Shown here: piece after piece, positions 9,863 to 22,190 of the stretch
Layout: the number at the start of each line of letters is the position of its first letter
Numbering within the stretch: the first letter of the stretch is position 1
DNA from: Hydrolagus affinis
Lineage: Eukaryota
Length of the DNA stretch: 64,000 bases
Reading direction: 5' to 3'
Assembly: GCA_012026655.1 (NCBI GenBank)
Contig: JAAILG010001510.1
Span: 1 to 64,000, forward strand
Made by a program: the position numbers and the translations under genes
The notes under the pieces: generated by a model
What the model saw: only the letters and a program-made list of their open reading frames with translations
Told to the model about the DNA's origin: nothing
Database searches by the model: none

Positions 9863-12800
9863 GGGAAAGAAGTTGTTTAACTCTGATACCTGTCCATACA
9901 ACCACTATCTTGGCCAAGTCGTAAATTTACCTCTATCCCTTAGGGATATGTTTGGCCTCCCCAAAGTGCTGCGTTGGGATAGAAAACTCGCTGTAGGTAA
10001 ACATGAAGGAAGAGGGAAGTGCTACCACTTAGTTAGTTAGCTAGTTAGTTAGTTAATTACACACCAACTGTACCATGGAGGTTAATAAAATGGCAAACTA
10101 ACGACAATCAACGCATACGTTCTCAGAATGCACCACAGCTTGTATGAATGTAACATAATATGCATAAAATAGCAAAACTGACATAACAGTTCATTATTAT
10201 ACTAATTGAACTTGCATGTTTTCAAAGCAGATTACATGGCAGGTGTTTTGGAGATTCATCTGAGGGTCCTAAAAAAAAACGCACAGAGCAGAAATTTAAG
10301 CTAAATTGTTAAATTTTCTGACTTCTCAACCACTGCTACCTATCACTTGACTTCCCAATTGTTTCTTCTCACTACTAGCTCCCAAGTCGAAGCGTCTTCA
10401 CTGCATGAGTAATCCACTTCCAAATAGGATCTGAGCCATTGGCACGGCAGCAGTCTTGGCGTCTCTTGCCCTGGCAAGGTGACAGCTGAGGTTGTGTAGC
10501 TCAGTTCCCCCTCACGTGGAGATGGAGAGAAACAAACGGGGACAAAAAAAAACTCAACGCTTTAATTTTTCAAATTCACAGAAACTTAAGCAGCTACGTT
10601 CAGCTTGCAAACTTCAAGTAAACCCCCCATTAAGATAATTTCACAAAACCCATGGGGAGGTGGATTTACGACGAGAAAATTGGAGCCAGTTGTAATTTTT
10701 TTTATTAACAATCCTAATTACAAAGGAAACATTAGGTAAAGACAGATAAACATTTCAGATTTAGCTTCTGTTTGCATTCGTTTCTATTTTGACAACCGGG
10801 TTCTATTTTCTGTTTTGCTTAAGCAAGATTATCGAGGGCTGCTTTATTGCACATTTTGTTTTTGGCAAGAAAAAAAAGTATCTTTTAGCAGGAGAAGCAT
10901 GTCATTATGATATTTTCTTTCTAATGAGCAACAAGTTTGTGGTTGGTTTAGCACGGCCTGGCTGTGGCAGGGCTTTCATAACAGAATTTCCAGTCACACA
11001 GCATAATTCAGTCCTCACGCTTGTTTGCAGTTGAAAGCACCGATGGTTTGAATGGGAGATTAAGAAGTGCAGCAAATAAGTCCTGAAACATTTTAACCAT
11101 GACATCAAGGAGTCTGAGTAGACTCTCGGAGGAGTTAGAAATATTTGCTTCTTTCACAACTGCTCTAATATTCTCGCTAACCACCCACTTATTCTGGATC
11201 TCCTTTTCCTCTCTCATTTACTAACTAAAAATAGTTTTGTTATTTTGTTGCATGGTTTCCCTCCAACAATGAAAATGAAACAAAAATTCAAAGCTGTCAC
11301 TTGTCTGCGTGAAATGTGGTAACATTGAATAACGTAAAGAGAGAAAGATGTTTGGTCATAACCATTTTATTGTGGCACATTCTGTCTTAACGGCACCATC
11401 ATACATTATAAAATAAAATATAAAATAATATAAATCTAAGGTTCTTCTGGTTTAAGTCAAACAACTACAATATGGATATTGTTTAGAATCAATACAAGTA
11501 GTCACAGGGTAAAATGCCATGTCCCTCTTACCATATGCAGGCACATTGTTTTATAATGTATTCCTCTTGTTAATTGACTACATCCTGTGCTGGCAATGAT
11601 TCATTCTTTTTTCACTCCTTGCATTTTTATACCAACTGAAATGTTGAAATCTATGATTTTGTAATGAGGAGAATACCAAAGAACAGAACAGGAAAAGGTC
11701 ATTCAGTCCACCGAGCCTGCTTATTCCAACCAAGCCGCTCCAGTCCACACTACTGTGGCCGTCCCTCCTTGGAAAGGAGTTCAGTGATGTGTCCTTGGAG
11801 CTGAGCAGGTCTAAGGTGGCGTGTTTGGCAATCGAATGTCAGAATCGTGGTCACCCTCCTCTGTGGTGGTCTCGATAGTCTGATTCCCGAGCCAGGCATG
11901 CCCACAATACTCTAGGGCACTGCTGATAACAGATTAGCCAGCTTGGCTTTTCGGGCAGGACTTGGAGTGCCAAATCAATGCTTGGGAACAGGGATCACTC
12001 CAGCTCCTCTCTTGTTAACCCCGGGAGCCAAGGATAGGGTGGTTCTAGCTGACCGGTGGCGGGAAGCTTGCCAGACACAGCACTCTCAAATGGCGAGCTA
12101 AGCAGTTTTAGCTGGTTAATCTCCAGCAATGTGCTCAACACATACACTGGTGTCCCCTTGCCTTAACTCTTAACAACCTATGCCTATAATACTCCCCTGT
12201 GTTAAATTAAGTGGGGTATGTGCCTCCTAGGAAAGAGTGCACAGGGACATTTTTATTTCCCTATGTAGGTGTAGCCATAGATATGTGGAACTCCTAGTCT
12301 GGTTTGGATATTCTTTATCATGGAGATGAAGTTCTGACAGCCAGCTGACTAAAAAAAAACCTCTACCTTGGATTTGGCTCCATTTATTTAATCAACACAG
12401 AGCTGCTATCACACGTGTCATTTCCAGGGCCCTATCAGGATGGAACCCTCACAGTGTATGATTTATAATTAGAAATGCAACTGTTAATCCTTTTCATAAC
12501 TGGATATTTATTCCACTTGTTTTGAAAGGAGTTAATCATTGCAACATTGAATGGTTTTGATGGGAGGCTATACCACGTATCTGCTGGTGGGCAGGGAAAG
12601 CATTTCTCTGAATGCCAAATTTTGTGCATGTTCCCTTTAGATTTGTGCTTCGAATTTTAAGTTAAATTAGCTGCTTACAATTACATTATTTGATCATGTC
12701 TTCTAACATGTCTCCCCACTCTGATTCTTTGTGGAATTTTGAAGAAAATATACAAATGGTTTTCATTCAATCCCCCACCCGCCTCCTTTCGCGTGCACAG

Positions 12801-12897
12801 ACACACACCACTACCCTCTCTTCCACCTTATCCTCTGAAAGTAGGGGTTACATTTATGGTTGCATTGGGTGGATGAGGTGGGGGAAACAACAGCCCT

Positions 12898-13215
12898 CAC
12901 TGGCCATTCTATAAGAGTGATGCTGAGGCAGGGAATATTGGCAACTGATTTATCAAGGGTAATGCTCACAACTTTGCCTGATCCTGACCTTGTGCAATGT
13001 CCATTTCAGCCAAGATCACTGAATGACGACGAAGAGTGAAAGTCCTGGCTGACCTTTTCCACGTTCTCCCAGGTCATACGTCACCGAAGCTAATGTGACT
13101 GCCCCAGGTGAAGGAAGTTGGTTATCTCAGTGCAGACCACACATTGAACCGAGGACCTTCTTGGTCTGTGTGGCTCAGTGCCACATCATGCAGTGCATTT
13201 ATCTACCTGGGAAGC
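12898..13215 (-). mobile_element. Old tRNA-derived SINE, family distinct from the Deu-type SINEs
   Basis: Reverse complement has the head ...ctgagccacacagaccaagaaggtcctcggttcaat (B-box-like) and is collinear with the + copy at 56020-56352. Confidence 0.7.
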
Positions 13216-14051
13216 TGCCAAAAGGAGTTCAATATATGCAGCTGCACTGCTTACAGATCATGAATTGTATAAATTTTAAATATATGTTAACTACTGCAAA
13301 AACATTTGAAGCAGATGAAATGAGAACCACCAAGGGAACATTTAGCCTTCACAGGTTGGCCTTTCAAGGTCTTGGGGTGATGCCGCTATTAATGTGTATG
13401 GTCTGCAGCCCGTGGATGTAAGGCAGTGGTATTTCAATGTTGAGATTTATGTCTGCAACCTCGCATCAGAGTATGTTCCACAAATTAATGTCCATGATCT
13501 CAGTTCTGCAGTTTTACATCTTATAGTGTGTCAGCAAGGCTACAAAGGAAAAAAAATTAAATCACTTCTATTTGGAATGGTAAAAGTAAGAGGAGGATTA
13601 ATAAATTATGCAAGAATGCCATTCATTATGCTGCTAGAGGCACTTTGTCAGGGTTACTGACTGTTTCACCTTTGATAATGTAAACTAAATGTACGGATTT
13701 ATCCATTTAGTTGTGTATCTGCCTACAACGATATAAAATGCGGATTATTTCATTAATACAATATCAAAAGAAAGGACTGCTTCACTTTCTTTTCCTCCGG
13801 AAAGCTTGGGAGGTTAATGCAGAGTAAGGATGGTAGAAAGAAAATACAGAATTTGGCTCGTTGGATTCCTCAGTTGGTAATCATTTTGTCCAGTATGAAA
13901 AGTAGCAGGATGCTAAAACTGGCACCAGTGTTTCTGAGCCAGCATTCCTGATTGCCATCCACTGACACACTGAAGTGTGTGTATGTGTGTATATGGAGGT
14001 TGAATGAGTAGATGATTGCAACACAGAATTAATAATTGCAGTATAGAATTC

Positions 14052-14580
14052 AAAATTACATTTGTGAAAAGCATCCTCAGGTCAGAAGGACGTCCCAAGG
14101 TGTGGATCAGTCATGGATCAAGACCCGAATGAGGATGGTGGGGTGGGGAATGTTGAGATCATGGAGGGTGGAGGGCAGAGAGTGGCTGAAGGCATGGCTG
14201 AAGAGGAGGGTTTTGAGGTGTGCCTAGAAGGAGGAAAGGGAGGCAACAAGGTGAAGGAAATGTAGGATGGCATTCCAGAGGGTGGTGACATAGAAGCTGA
14301 AGGCCTGACCACTGATGATGGGGCAGGGCAGGGCGTTCAGGGGACACGGAGCAGACCAGAGCCTGCTGAGTAGAGGGAGTGGACAGTTTGATAAGGGGTT
14401 AGCAGGTCATAGATGTAGCGGGAGCAAGGCCATGGAGGGCCTTGAAGGTGAAGACAAGGATTTTCAACTCAATCTTCTGAGGGATGGGGAGCCAGTGGAG
14501 CCAGGCAGGTTAGATGTGATGGGAGCTTGGTGCAGGAGAGGACATGAACTGCAGTGTTCTGGATGATCTGCAGCTTGTGT
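14052..14580 (-). mobile_element. L2-clade LINE 3' fragment (end of ORF2 plus 3' UTR/tail)
   Basis: Minus strand reads HKLQIIQNTAVHVL...LHWLPIPQKIELKILVFTFKALHGLAP (L2 motif LQxxQNxAAR...LHWLP...KAL.GLAP) and ends in the tail ccttgggacgtcc...aaatgtaa. Confidence 0.85.
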
Positions 14581-17242
14581 ACAACATATTTGTATAACTT
14601 TCAGATACAGGCATTTTGCTCAATGCAGCTTAATAATGAGCAAAATGTTTGGCATATATCATAAATAAGATGGAAAGGCCGAAACTAATCATTAGGTTCA
14701 GGCAGCATCCCCGAGTCACGCAGGCTTCACTTACAGTCCTCGAATGGATCACAGCCTTGAAACTCATTCAATTATTGCTGTACACGCATAGTATGGGGCA
14801 GATGATCCATCACTTGTTAGCTTGAAACTCTTTAAAACTGACAATATACCAGTACGAGGTACTCCATGTGGCAAACTAATTTTATTTTAATTAAAATCAG
14901 CCTCTACTGTGGCATTGGTTAGCTGAACTCCCTGCCTCCCTTATCCACACTAATAAAGTGGTTGTTGAGTGAGTGTGATTTTTCCCTGTTAAGGTTACGG
15001 CACTGTTGAACAAAGGTCTGCATTTATCTCGACTGCAAAGACGTGCACTATATCTTTTATAAACATTTTGTTTATTGGGTCTGTCCTTCTGGGACAAGCA
15101 TCATATTGTCAAAATGCAAGGATTATTATAAGATGCCCTTTTGCTGCATATTAATGATAATGTTTAGTCTTTTCAACCTAGTTCTGTCTTACTTGTTTGG
15201 TTGTGGAACACTTTTAACTTGATAAAGCCGGATATATTTTGGCTTTTTTTTCTCACTTTCCACTTGCCACTGTGTAATTTTCAGTTGGTGTCATTATCTG
15301 ATACTTTGCAGGTGCCACAACCCTTAAGATTAAATAGCTAGAAGTGTGAATAGCATTAATTTCAGGTTAGCATTCTAGTTTTGTTCCGTGTCCTTATCTG
15401 ATTTGCGGTGCCAATATATTGGAATTTGCATTGAGGTTTAGTATTTCACCAGTAAGTAGTTGCAGAATGGAATTGTAAATGTGTTGGGGGTGTGAAAGAT
15501 CACCACCAACATATCCTCTTCATGGGTTTTGATCTGTGTAATGATGCTCCACTTGTGACCGCTATATCGACTAAATAACAGGGAAAAGAAACTGGCCAAA
15601 CATGGATGGGATGTAATATCACTGGGATTGTTCCAGGACATTGAGGCATTCCAGTCCTGTTTGACAACTGCTTCTGAGATGTTTGTTTAAAGCAACAAAC
15701 TATTGTATCATGATATTAAATTGGGCACGAGTTTTGTGCTGTGACATTGGGGTCCTGCAGGTTGTAAACAACAGTAGCAGTAATAGAATTAAACTTTGCT
15801 CTCTGTGTGTGACTGACCAATTTCACGAACATTTACAGAGATTCATATATACACTATGAGCTTTTATTGGTCTTGGAAGCTATATTTTTTATATTCAAAT
15901 TGTACATAGTTTCCATCATCAGTGATGGTGCTGAATTAAACTTTATTGTTAACTATTGTGAGATTCCTTAAAAATGACATCTTTCGAATTTAAAACTGGA
16001 ATGTATTTCATCCTTTCAGCTCCACACATTTTGATTATATTTGTTCCAAATCTTTAGCTTCCACCAGTAACTAAATTGCAGGTTGGCTTTCTCATATCCG
16101 TTTGAAAAGGAAGCAATATCTTTGAAGCGAAAAACATATTTGTTTTACAAAGAAGCGAACTAAAACATAAGTGATTTTGTTTTAGAATAACGTAATGATT
16201 TGTTATTCTGGAGTAGTTGGTTAAAAGGGTTCATGTGAAGGAAGTCACAGAGATAACAATCACCACCAGACAGAAATAGGAGTCTTATGATATAATCAGA
16301 TTTTGTGATTATAATTGAGGAACTTAAGCCCCTAAGGCGACCAAACAAAATTGTAGCTAGCCGTAGGCCACCGATAGAGGATTAAATGTGTTCGCATCAT
16401 TCGTTACCAACAGTATCTAAGGAAGTCATGATTGACCTCTTTATGCCCCAAATAAATAAAAATTACTTGTGAACTGGGACCTGTTATCTTACTTTACATA
16501 CAGCTATTGAAGATAAAGTGGAAAATTGTATATAAAGTGGTGGTGTGGTGTCACTCCTCGCTCTATGTCCCAGATTAAAACCCAAGATATGTTCCCTGTT
16601 CTTTTCAAACAAATGCAAGAATCTAACATTGGCACGTACTTTCCTCTGAACATAAGTCATCAGAATTTTCTTTGTCATTTAATATGCTGTGATTGTATCT
16701 CACATTTTCTACGACGCCAACTCAGAAGGTAAACATTCACATCAGCTTGTTTCCTCTGCACACCATAATAGGCGTTATTTTAAACTCACTTTGGTACAAC
16801 ACACACAGTGTACTGGTTTCAATTTGAATTCCTATTTACGCAGGCTTACTGTGAATTGAACCAGTTCCACTTTAGAATAAACGAATGATTGGCATCCTCT
16901 CTTCCTGAAAAATAATAATCACAAACCTTTATGTATCATATTGATGCGCATTTGTCTGGATAAAACTCATTATGAAATATAAACCTGGAGACTCCTGGGA
17001 AAGGCTTCCGTGTCCACTGGTGTTGATTTTCATTTGTATGTCCATTTTATTACGTTCGGATTAAAAACTGTAACAGTATTGATTCTGTTTGATTGCATTC
17101 GCATATTAGATTCCAATCTTCTATGAAATTCCATACTGTCTACTTCAATGCAAGCGATGACAGTAATCTGTCTTTAGTACATCTTGAAGTTTATGGACAC
17201 AAATACACGTTTTGTTCGTTTAATCCAAAATTTGATGTTAAT

Positions 17243-17305
17243 CTACTACAATCCTTGCATTTGGTATAGTGCCTTTCACGTCGGATGGATGTCTCAAAAT
17301 GCGTG
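17243..17305 (-). mobile_element. SINE/L2 tail fragment
   Basis: aatccttgcatttggtatagtgcctttcacgtc...gatgtctcaaa. Confidence 0.7.
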
Positions 17306-18792
17306 TAGTACTACTATATATATTTTGTTAGTGAATGCCTGTGGAACAAAGAGCATTTATGATCTAAAACTGTTGGTCAAACTGGGGTGAAGCTTGATTG
17401 TCACACAGATTTTGAATTACTGCATTTCAGTGCTTATGGTGCATGGCATACGTCCACTGTTAGTTGGGTAAAATCTAAAAGTTCAATCTGCAGACTTTCT
17501 TTCACCCCTCACTCCACTACCCTGCTACTCCCACCTTGCTTTTGTGGTTTGCTTTGAAGTCCTCATTCTCTCTATCTGTCATCTTTTAACAGGAGGGCAC
17601 ATGTAGTGCACTACACAATTGATATTTTTTTTCTACCGGCTCGAATGAGGCAGGAAGGAATGTTATGAGTGGTTGATAGAAATTGTCAAAAGCTCGCATT
17701 CCATGAATTCATATGAAGAAATATTATTCCAAGACTGAAACACAGTCTATCTTAAGCAGATGGTCTGATAAGTATATCTATTTGCAACAGTAACATTATG
17801 TAAAAATCGTACATTCCAAATGCCTGTTGAGTGACAAACCTGATTGCCACATCTTTTTATTAGCTTATCAGTCATTCACAGTGAAATATCCACGATAATT
17901 TTCTGTTGCACATATTTGCCTACTTTTAATTAGAATGGAAGAGTTCTGACAACAAAGCATTTTGTACAGTTTATTTTTGCTGGTTGCTGAAATTTGGCAA
18001 GTTCCACAAATAACAGAAGTCATGCAGCATGTTACACAGAAGGTGACTGTGTGTGATTTGGGCGGTAAACATGGCAAGATGCATAATCTGGGGAAAAAAT
18101 TGACAACTAAAATTATTCCATTAACAGCAATGAAGGCAGTGTGTGCAAACAGAAAGCAGTTTTGCATTTTTTATTTCTGTTCAGTGAAGTGGATCTTTGC
18201 ACTGGTCCTGCTCTGTGAAAGCTATTGCTGTGCTGCAGTCTGGACTTGTATTTCCTCCATATTCTCTGCCTCTAGTTTACCCCCACTTAAGTCCTTCTAC
18301 CCCCTAACCCATGATAACTGGATCCGAATCTGTTCTCGCTCATTGCAATCTGTACTCCTAGCAGGAATCATTGGAGGATATCAATCTTAGTTAAACTCTG
18401 GTACTGTCTGAAATCGGTAATTCAACACAACCTGGAGCCAAATCATATACCTCATTCCTAACTTGCACATAATGGTGCATTTCACCACCAGTACATGTTT
18501 ATTCTTTATTTTAAATTCAAGGCATTCCCTCTACCTCTAGTTCCATGTTAATAATCAGCTGTGCAGTACTGGTATTTGATTTTCAAATTGGTTTATATCA
18601 TTCAAATGTCGACACAATTGTAATATAAGCGGTATTCTTACGACTTCAGTTCACATTTTCCAAATCTGGATAAAACATTTGGATATATTGTTAGGTGTGA
18701 CTTGTGGTACTAATTATCCAGACAAGATGTGCTGGGCACAAACATATATAAGCTCAGTCTATTTAGTAATGAACCGTAACCAGAAACTCCAT

Positions 18793-19108
18793 GCTCCTGT
18801 AGCTCAGTGGTTAGAACCCTCGCCTCACAAGCGAGAGACCTGGAGGGCAAAACCTTTGATACCCAGCAGGGCAAACCTTGGGCGAGTTTCCTTACTTCAC
18901 ATGCTTGATAATAATGCCTGAAGGAAAAAAAACAACAATAAATTGATCACTTAAATCCACAACTGTTTGTGTGACACTGCTGTGTGCAATTGGCTGCTGT
19001 ATTTTGCTCACAAATGTACAGTCAATTCACTTTACAATATATTCTGTGAGGAGCTTTGAGACGTCTTGAAAATGTGAAAAGTGCTATATCAAATGCAAGT
19101 ATTATTAC
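18793..19108 (+). mobile_element. Full-length tRNA-derived SINE (SINE2-1_CM-like)
   Basis: A-box tagctcagtggttag, anticodon-like arm ctcgc-ctcacaa-gcgag, degenerate B box, body gtttgtgtgacactgctgtgtgcaattggctgc, tail tatatcaaatgcaagtattatt. Homologous to 54330-54576 and 61054-61336. Confidence 0.9.
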
Positions 19109-19686
19109 TATAATGTGAATATTTATGTTTTGCACACTAACCAGTGCGCAAGACTCCTTCGGAACTGAGAAGTGGATTGAAATCAGCTAAATTCATTCCA
19201 CATTGAACTGTCACAGCTGATTAGCAGACGCGTCTACAACCAAAAGGGAAATCACGTAAAAGGATAGTTCCTCCCCGTTAAAAAAACCCACTCACATTGT
19301 CCAAACCCTAGTGATGCAGAAATAAAACACACACTAATTTCCCATAAGGACATCACAATATTTCCAAACAGTAATGTCTCATGATATGTAAACTCATCAC
19401 AAGTACTGCTGCTGTTCCTCTAGTGTGGTAATTGTACATTATTAGAAAATGGATTGAGATGATAATAATGAAACCTTTTTACAGTGACAAAGGAGGTTAC
19501 ATTTTCCATCAATAGTTTTAAGATTAATTGCATTCTGTAACATTACAATTGTCAACGTAACATAATTATTGGAAATAATTGTACCCATAAAAATATTGCT
19601 ATATATCTAATTTCCAGTGACACATCAATTGATACCACAGAATTGTCCGAGACTTTCTCAACAAATTATTTCCTTGGAAGTAAATG

Positions 19687-19815
19687 TAATAATAATAATC
19701 CTTGCATTTGATTTAGTGCCTTATTACGTCTTTGAGGCATTTCAAAACGCTTCACAGAATATACCCTAAAGTGAATTAACTGTATATTTTGTGGGCAAAA
19801 TATACTGCCAATTTT
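19687..19815 (-). mobile_element. tRNA-SINE 3' fragment
   Basis: aataataataatccttgcatttgat...cttcacagaatata...gtgaattaactgtatattttgtgggc is the reverse complement of the 3' part of the 18793 SINE. Confidence 0.85.
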
Positions 19816-20949
19816 GGTAGTCGTTCAGTTTAGGGTTTGGGACACTAAGGTATTGGTCATAAGGCAGGATTGCAGGAAAGGAGCCAGGCTTTTTTGCTAC
19901 AGCATCAAGTTTAGAGTTAGAGGAGACAGATTGAGCCAAAGAGGTCAGATACAGTCTTTCGCCTCTAGCAAAATTAATAACTGAACTATCTTTCAGGAGG
20001 AAGGAATAGCGAAAAAGAGGATTTAGAGAGGCAACTTTGACAGACAAAAAGGTAGCCATTGTCTTCCTCCCACTGAAAATGGCTTTTTGAGCAGATCTAA
20101 TAAAGGACTTGTGAAATTGGCAGCCTTCATGCCGTATGCAATAGGCAAAGATTCCATGCAGAATAAATAATCTTCCATGAGTTCAACCACTCGACCCCTT
20201 GCAAGATCAAAAAGGTGAAAGTATCATTGAATCGAAGGGAACAAAGGATATCGCGCAGTGGTTCCCATCGCAGAATGTCCTGACACCCAAATAGATCCTT
20301 GCACTGCAAAGTGCTGATGGCAGAGCTACATGGCTGTTGGAGTAGTGTAAAGTGGGTTGGTAGGTATTTGCTTGGTATGACATTGCCTGATTCGCATTAT
20401 GTGATATGATAATTACCTTGCATGGTAATTGTGTACAAGCACTTCGTGGTAAGTGTCATGAAAACACTGCAGTTGTGTTGGGGCATTTAGCACTATAGTA
20501 CAGTACCAAATGAGTGCACTAACAATGTCCCATCTGCTCTCTGCACAGAACAATGAGAATACCCCTGTAACTCTGATGTACCCCAAGAGCACCAACCAAC
20601 TTCCCCAATCCCCACAAACCCAGTAGCATCCGCTGCATGGTATTTAGGTAACATGTAAAAGCACTGAATAAGTGTCTGGACACTGACTGATGAAACAGGA
20701 GTTGCAATGGTGGAGTGTGACGAGGGAACAGCAGGTACAGAGTAAGTTCACAGCAGGCTAAGAATTACACCTGTGGAGAATGGGCACCAGCCCTTTGTGA
20801 GCCTGGTTTGAAACAGAAGCTGATGTTACATGAGGGTCTGTGCAGAGAAACTGCATGTCTCCACTCATACTATTTGGGGAGATCTACTGCACGGTGTGGA
20901 AGAGTCTAACACCCAGACGTGTGAGAACATCTCTCGATGAGTAAGTAAG

Positions 20950-21102
20950 AAGATAGATTTATTTTAGGAAATCACTTTATGGGATTAAAGTACGTAGTTC
21001 GGAAAGTATGTGCAGGCGACCACCAGGTAGGTGGAAGGCCAACTTGACGGACCTTGGTCTTTTTTTCATCTAGAATTTTGTATGTTCTTATGTTCCTATG
21101 TT
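20950..21102 (+). mobile_element. CR1 LINE 3' end
   Basis: ggaccttggtcttttttcatctag...tatgttcttatgttcctatgtt, an octamer-repeat tail typical of CR1. A related tail lies at 33143-33200. Confidence 0.65.
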
Positions 21103-21119
21103 GTAATTAGCTCCAACGT

Positions 21120-21263
21120 TTTCAGTATTGAGAGAAGATAATTTAGAAGGGGATTCAGGTGTCCCCATTCAGATATCCCAAAATTTTAAATGGGATTGAA
21201 AAAGTAAATCCAGATCAATACTTTAGGATGTGTCATGACAGTAGAACAAGAGGATGTAGGTTC
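21120..21263 (+). mobile_element. CR1 ORF2 fragment
   Basis: Translates FSIERR*FR... and KILNGIEKVNPDQYFRMCHDSRTRG, matching the CR1 C-terminal ...KILxGxDxV...F...xRTRGH motif. Confidence 0.7.
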
Positions 21264-21294
21264 TTTTTTTTAAAAAAAAGTTTTTAATGAACGA

Positions 21295-21435
21295 GCATTT
21301 TGTACTTCAGTACATTATCTCAGTACATCTCAAAGTGCCTCACAGGAAATCACTGTGGAGTAGATTGACTGATTTTTCGGAAGCTCAGCAGCCATTTGTG
21401 CCCCACTAAACAGCATGAGGTGAATTATCAATTAG
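21295..21435 (-). mobile_element. Decayed SINE 3' fragment
   Basis: acatctcaaagtgcctcacagga...gcagccatttgtgc...aaacagca. Confidence 0.55.
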
Positions 21436-22104
21436 CCCATACGATTGATGGTCAGGGTGTTATGATGGAAAGAAATATGAAAGCAACTTTACTCTGAATG
21501 TCCAAAGTCCAGAGTTAAACAAAATGAGCTGAATTGGCTAAATTGTGCCAAAAAAAATTGGTTATTAAGATTCTGGCAGGACCTGTCTGCCGTCTGCTGT
21601 GTGGCTGCTCTGCTGGTGGCTGTTTCGCAGAGCTGAATAAACTCACTGAATAAACTCGCTGAGCCATCGGGGGAGCAGGACTGACAATTATAAGGACAGG
21701 CATAGACATAGTCAGTCAAATACTGTGTGGAACACTATTGTTCCAGCCTGTGGGGACCATGGAAACATCTTGTGTAGAATACAACCAGCCAGGGTTGGAT
21801 TATGTAGATTGTAATGTTACATTGATATACTTTGGTTTTACTTAAGTACATTCAGGGGCCAGGGAGAAAGTTTGTGGAGTTTTCTTTTTTGGAAGTTTTA
21901 TGTGAAGTTATCCACCTATTTCAGTAGATTAAATTAAGTCCGAGACGTACATTGCTTGCTGCACCATCTGGTGGGGGTTGGGCTGGGTTCAATGACTTCT
22001 ATTTGTTCTGAACATTCTTATAATCTGAAGATCTTGAATGTTCCAGTTTTTAAATCCGAGCAAAAGCCTTTGGTCCTTAAAGCAGCAAAACATTTCTATT
22101 TACA

Positions 22105-22190
22105 AATGAATTCGCAAAGAATGTACAGCACTGAGACAGGCCGCTTGACCCAACCAGTTCATGCTGGCGTTTATACTTTACACAAGTCTA
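22105..22190 (-). mobile_element. CR1 3'-terminal fragment
   Basis: gaatgtacagcactgagacaggcc...cccaaccagttcatgctggcgtttat is the reverse complement of the 31300-31362 tail. Confidence 0.7.

Noticed and set aside
18793-18865. tRNA gene (also 54330-54400 and 61265-61336)
   Set aside because: Acceptor and T arms are degenerate and each head continues into a shared SINE body and tail; these are SINE heads.
19890-20050. Possible L2-like purine-rich fragment
   Set aside because: No diagnostic peptide motif could be read; too decayed to call.
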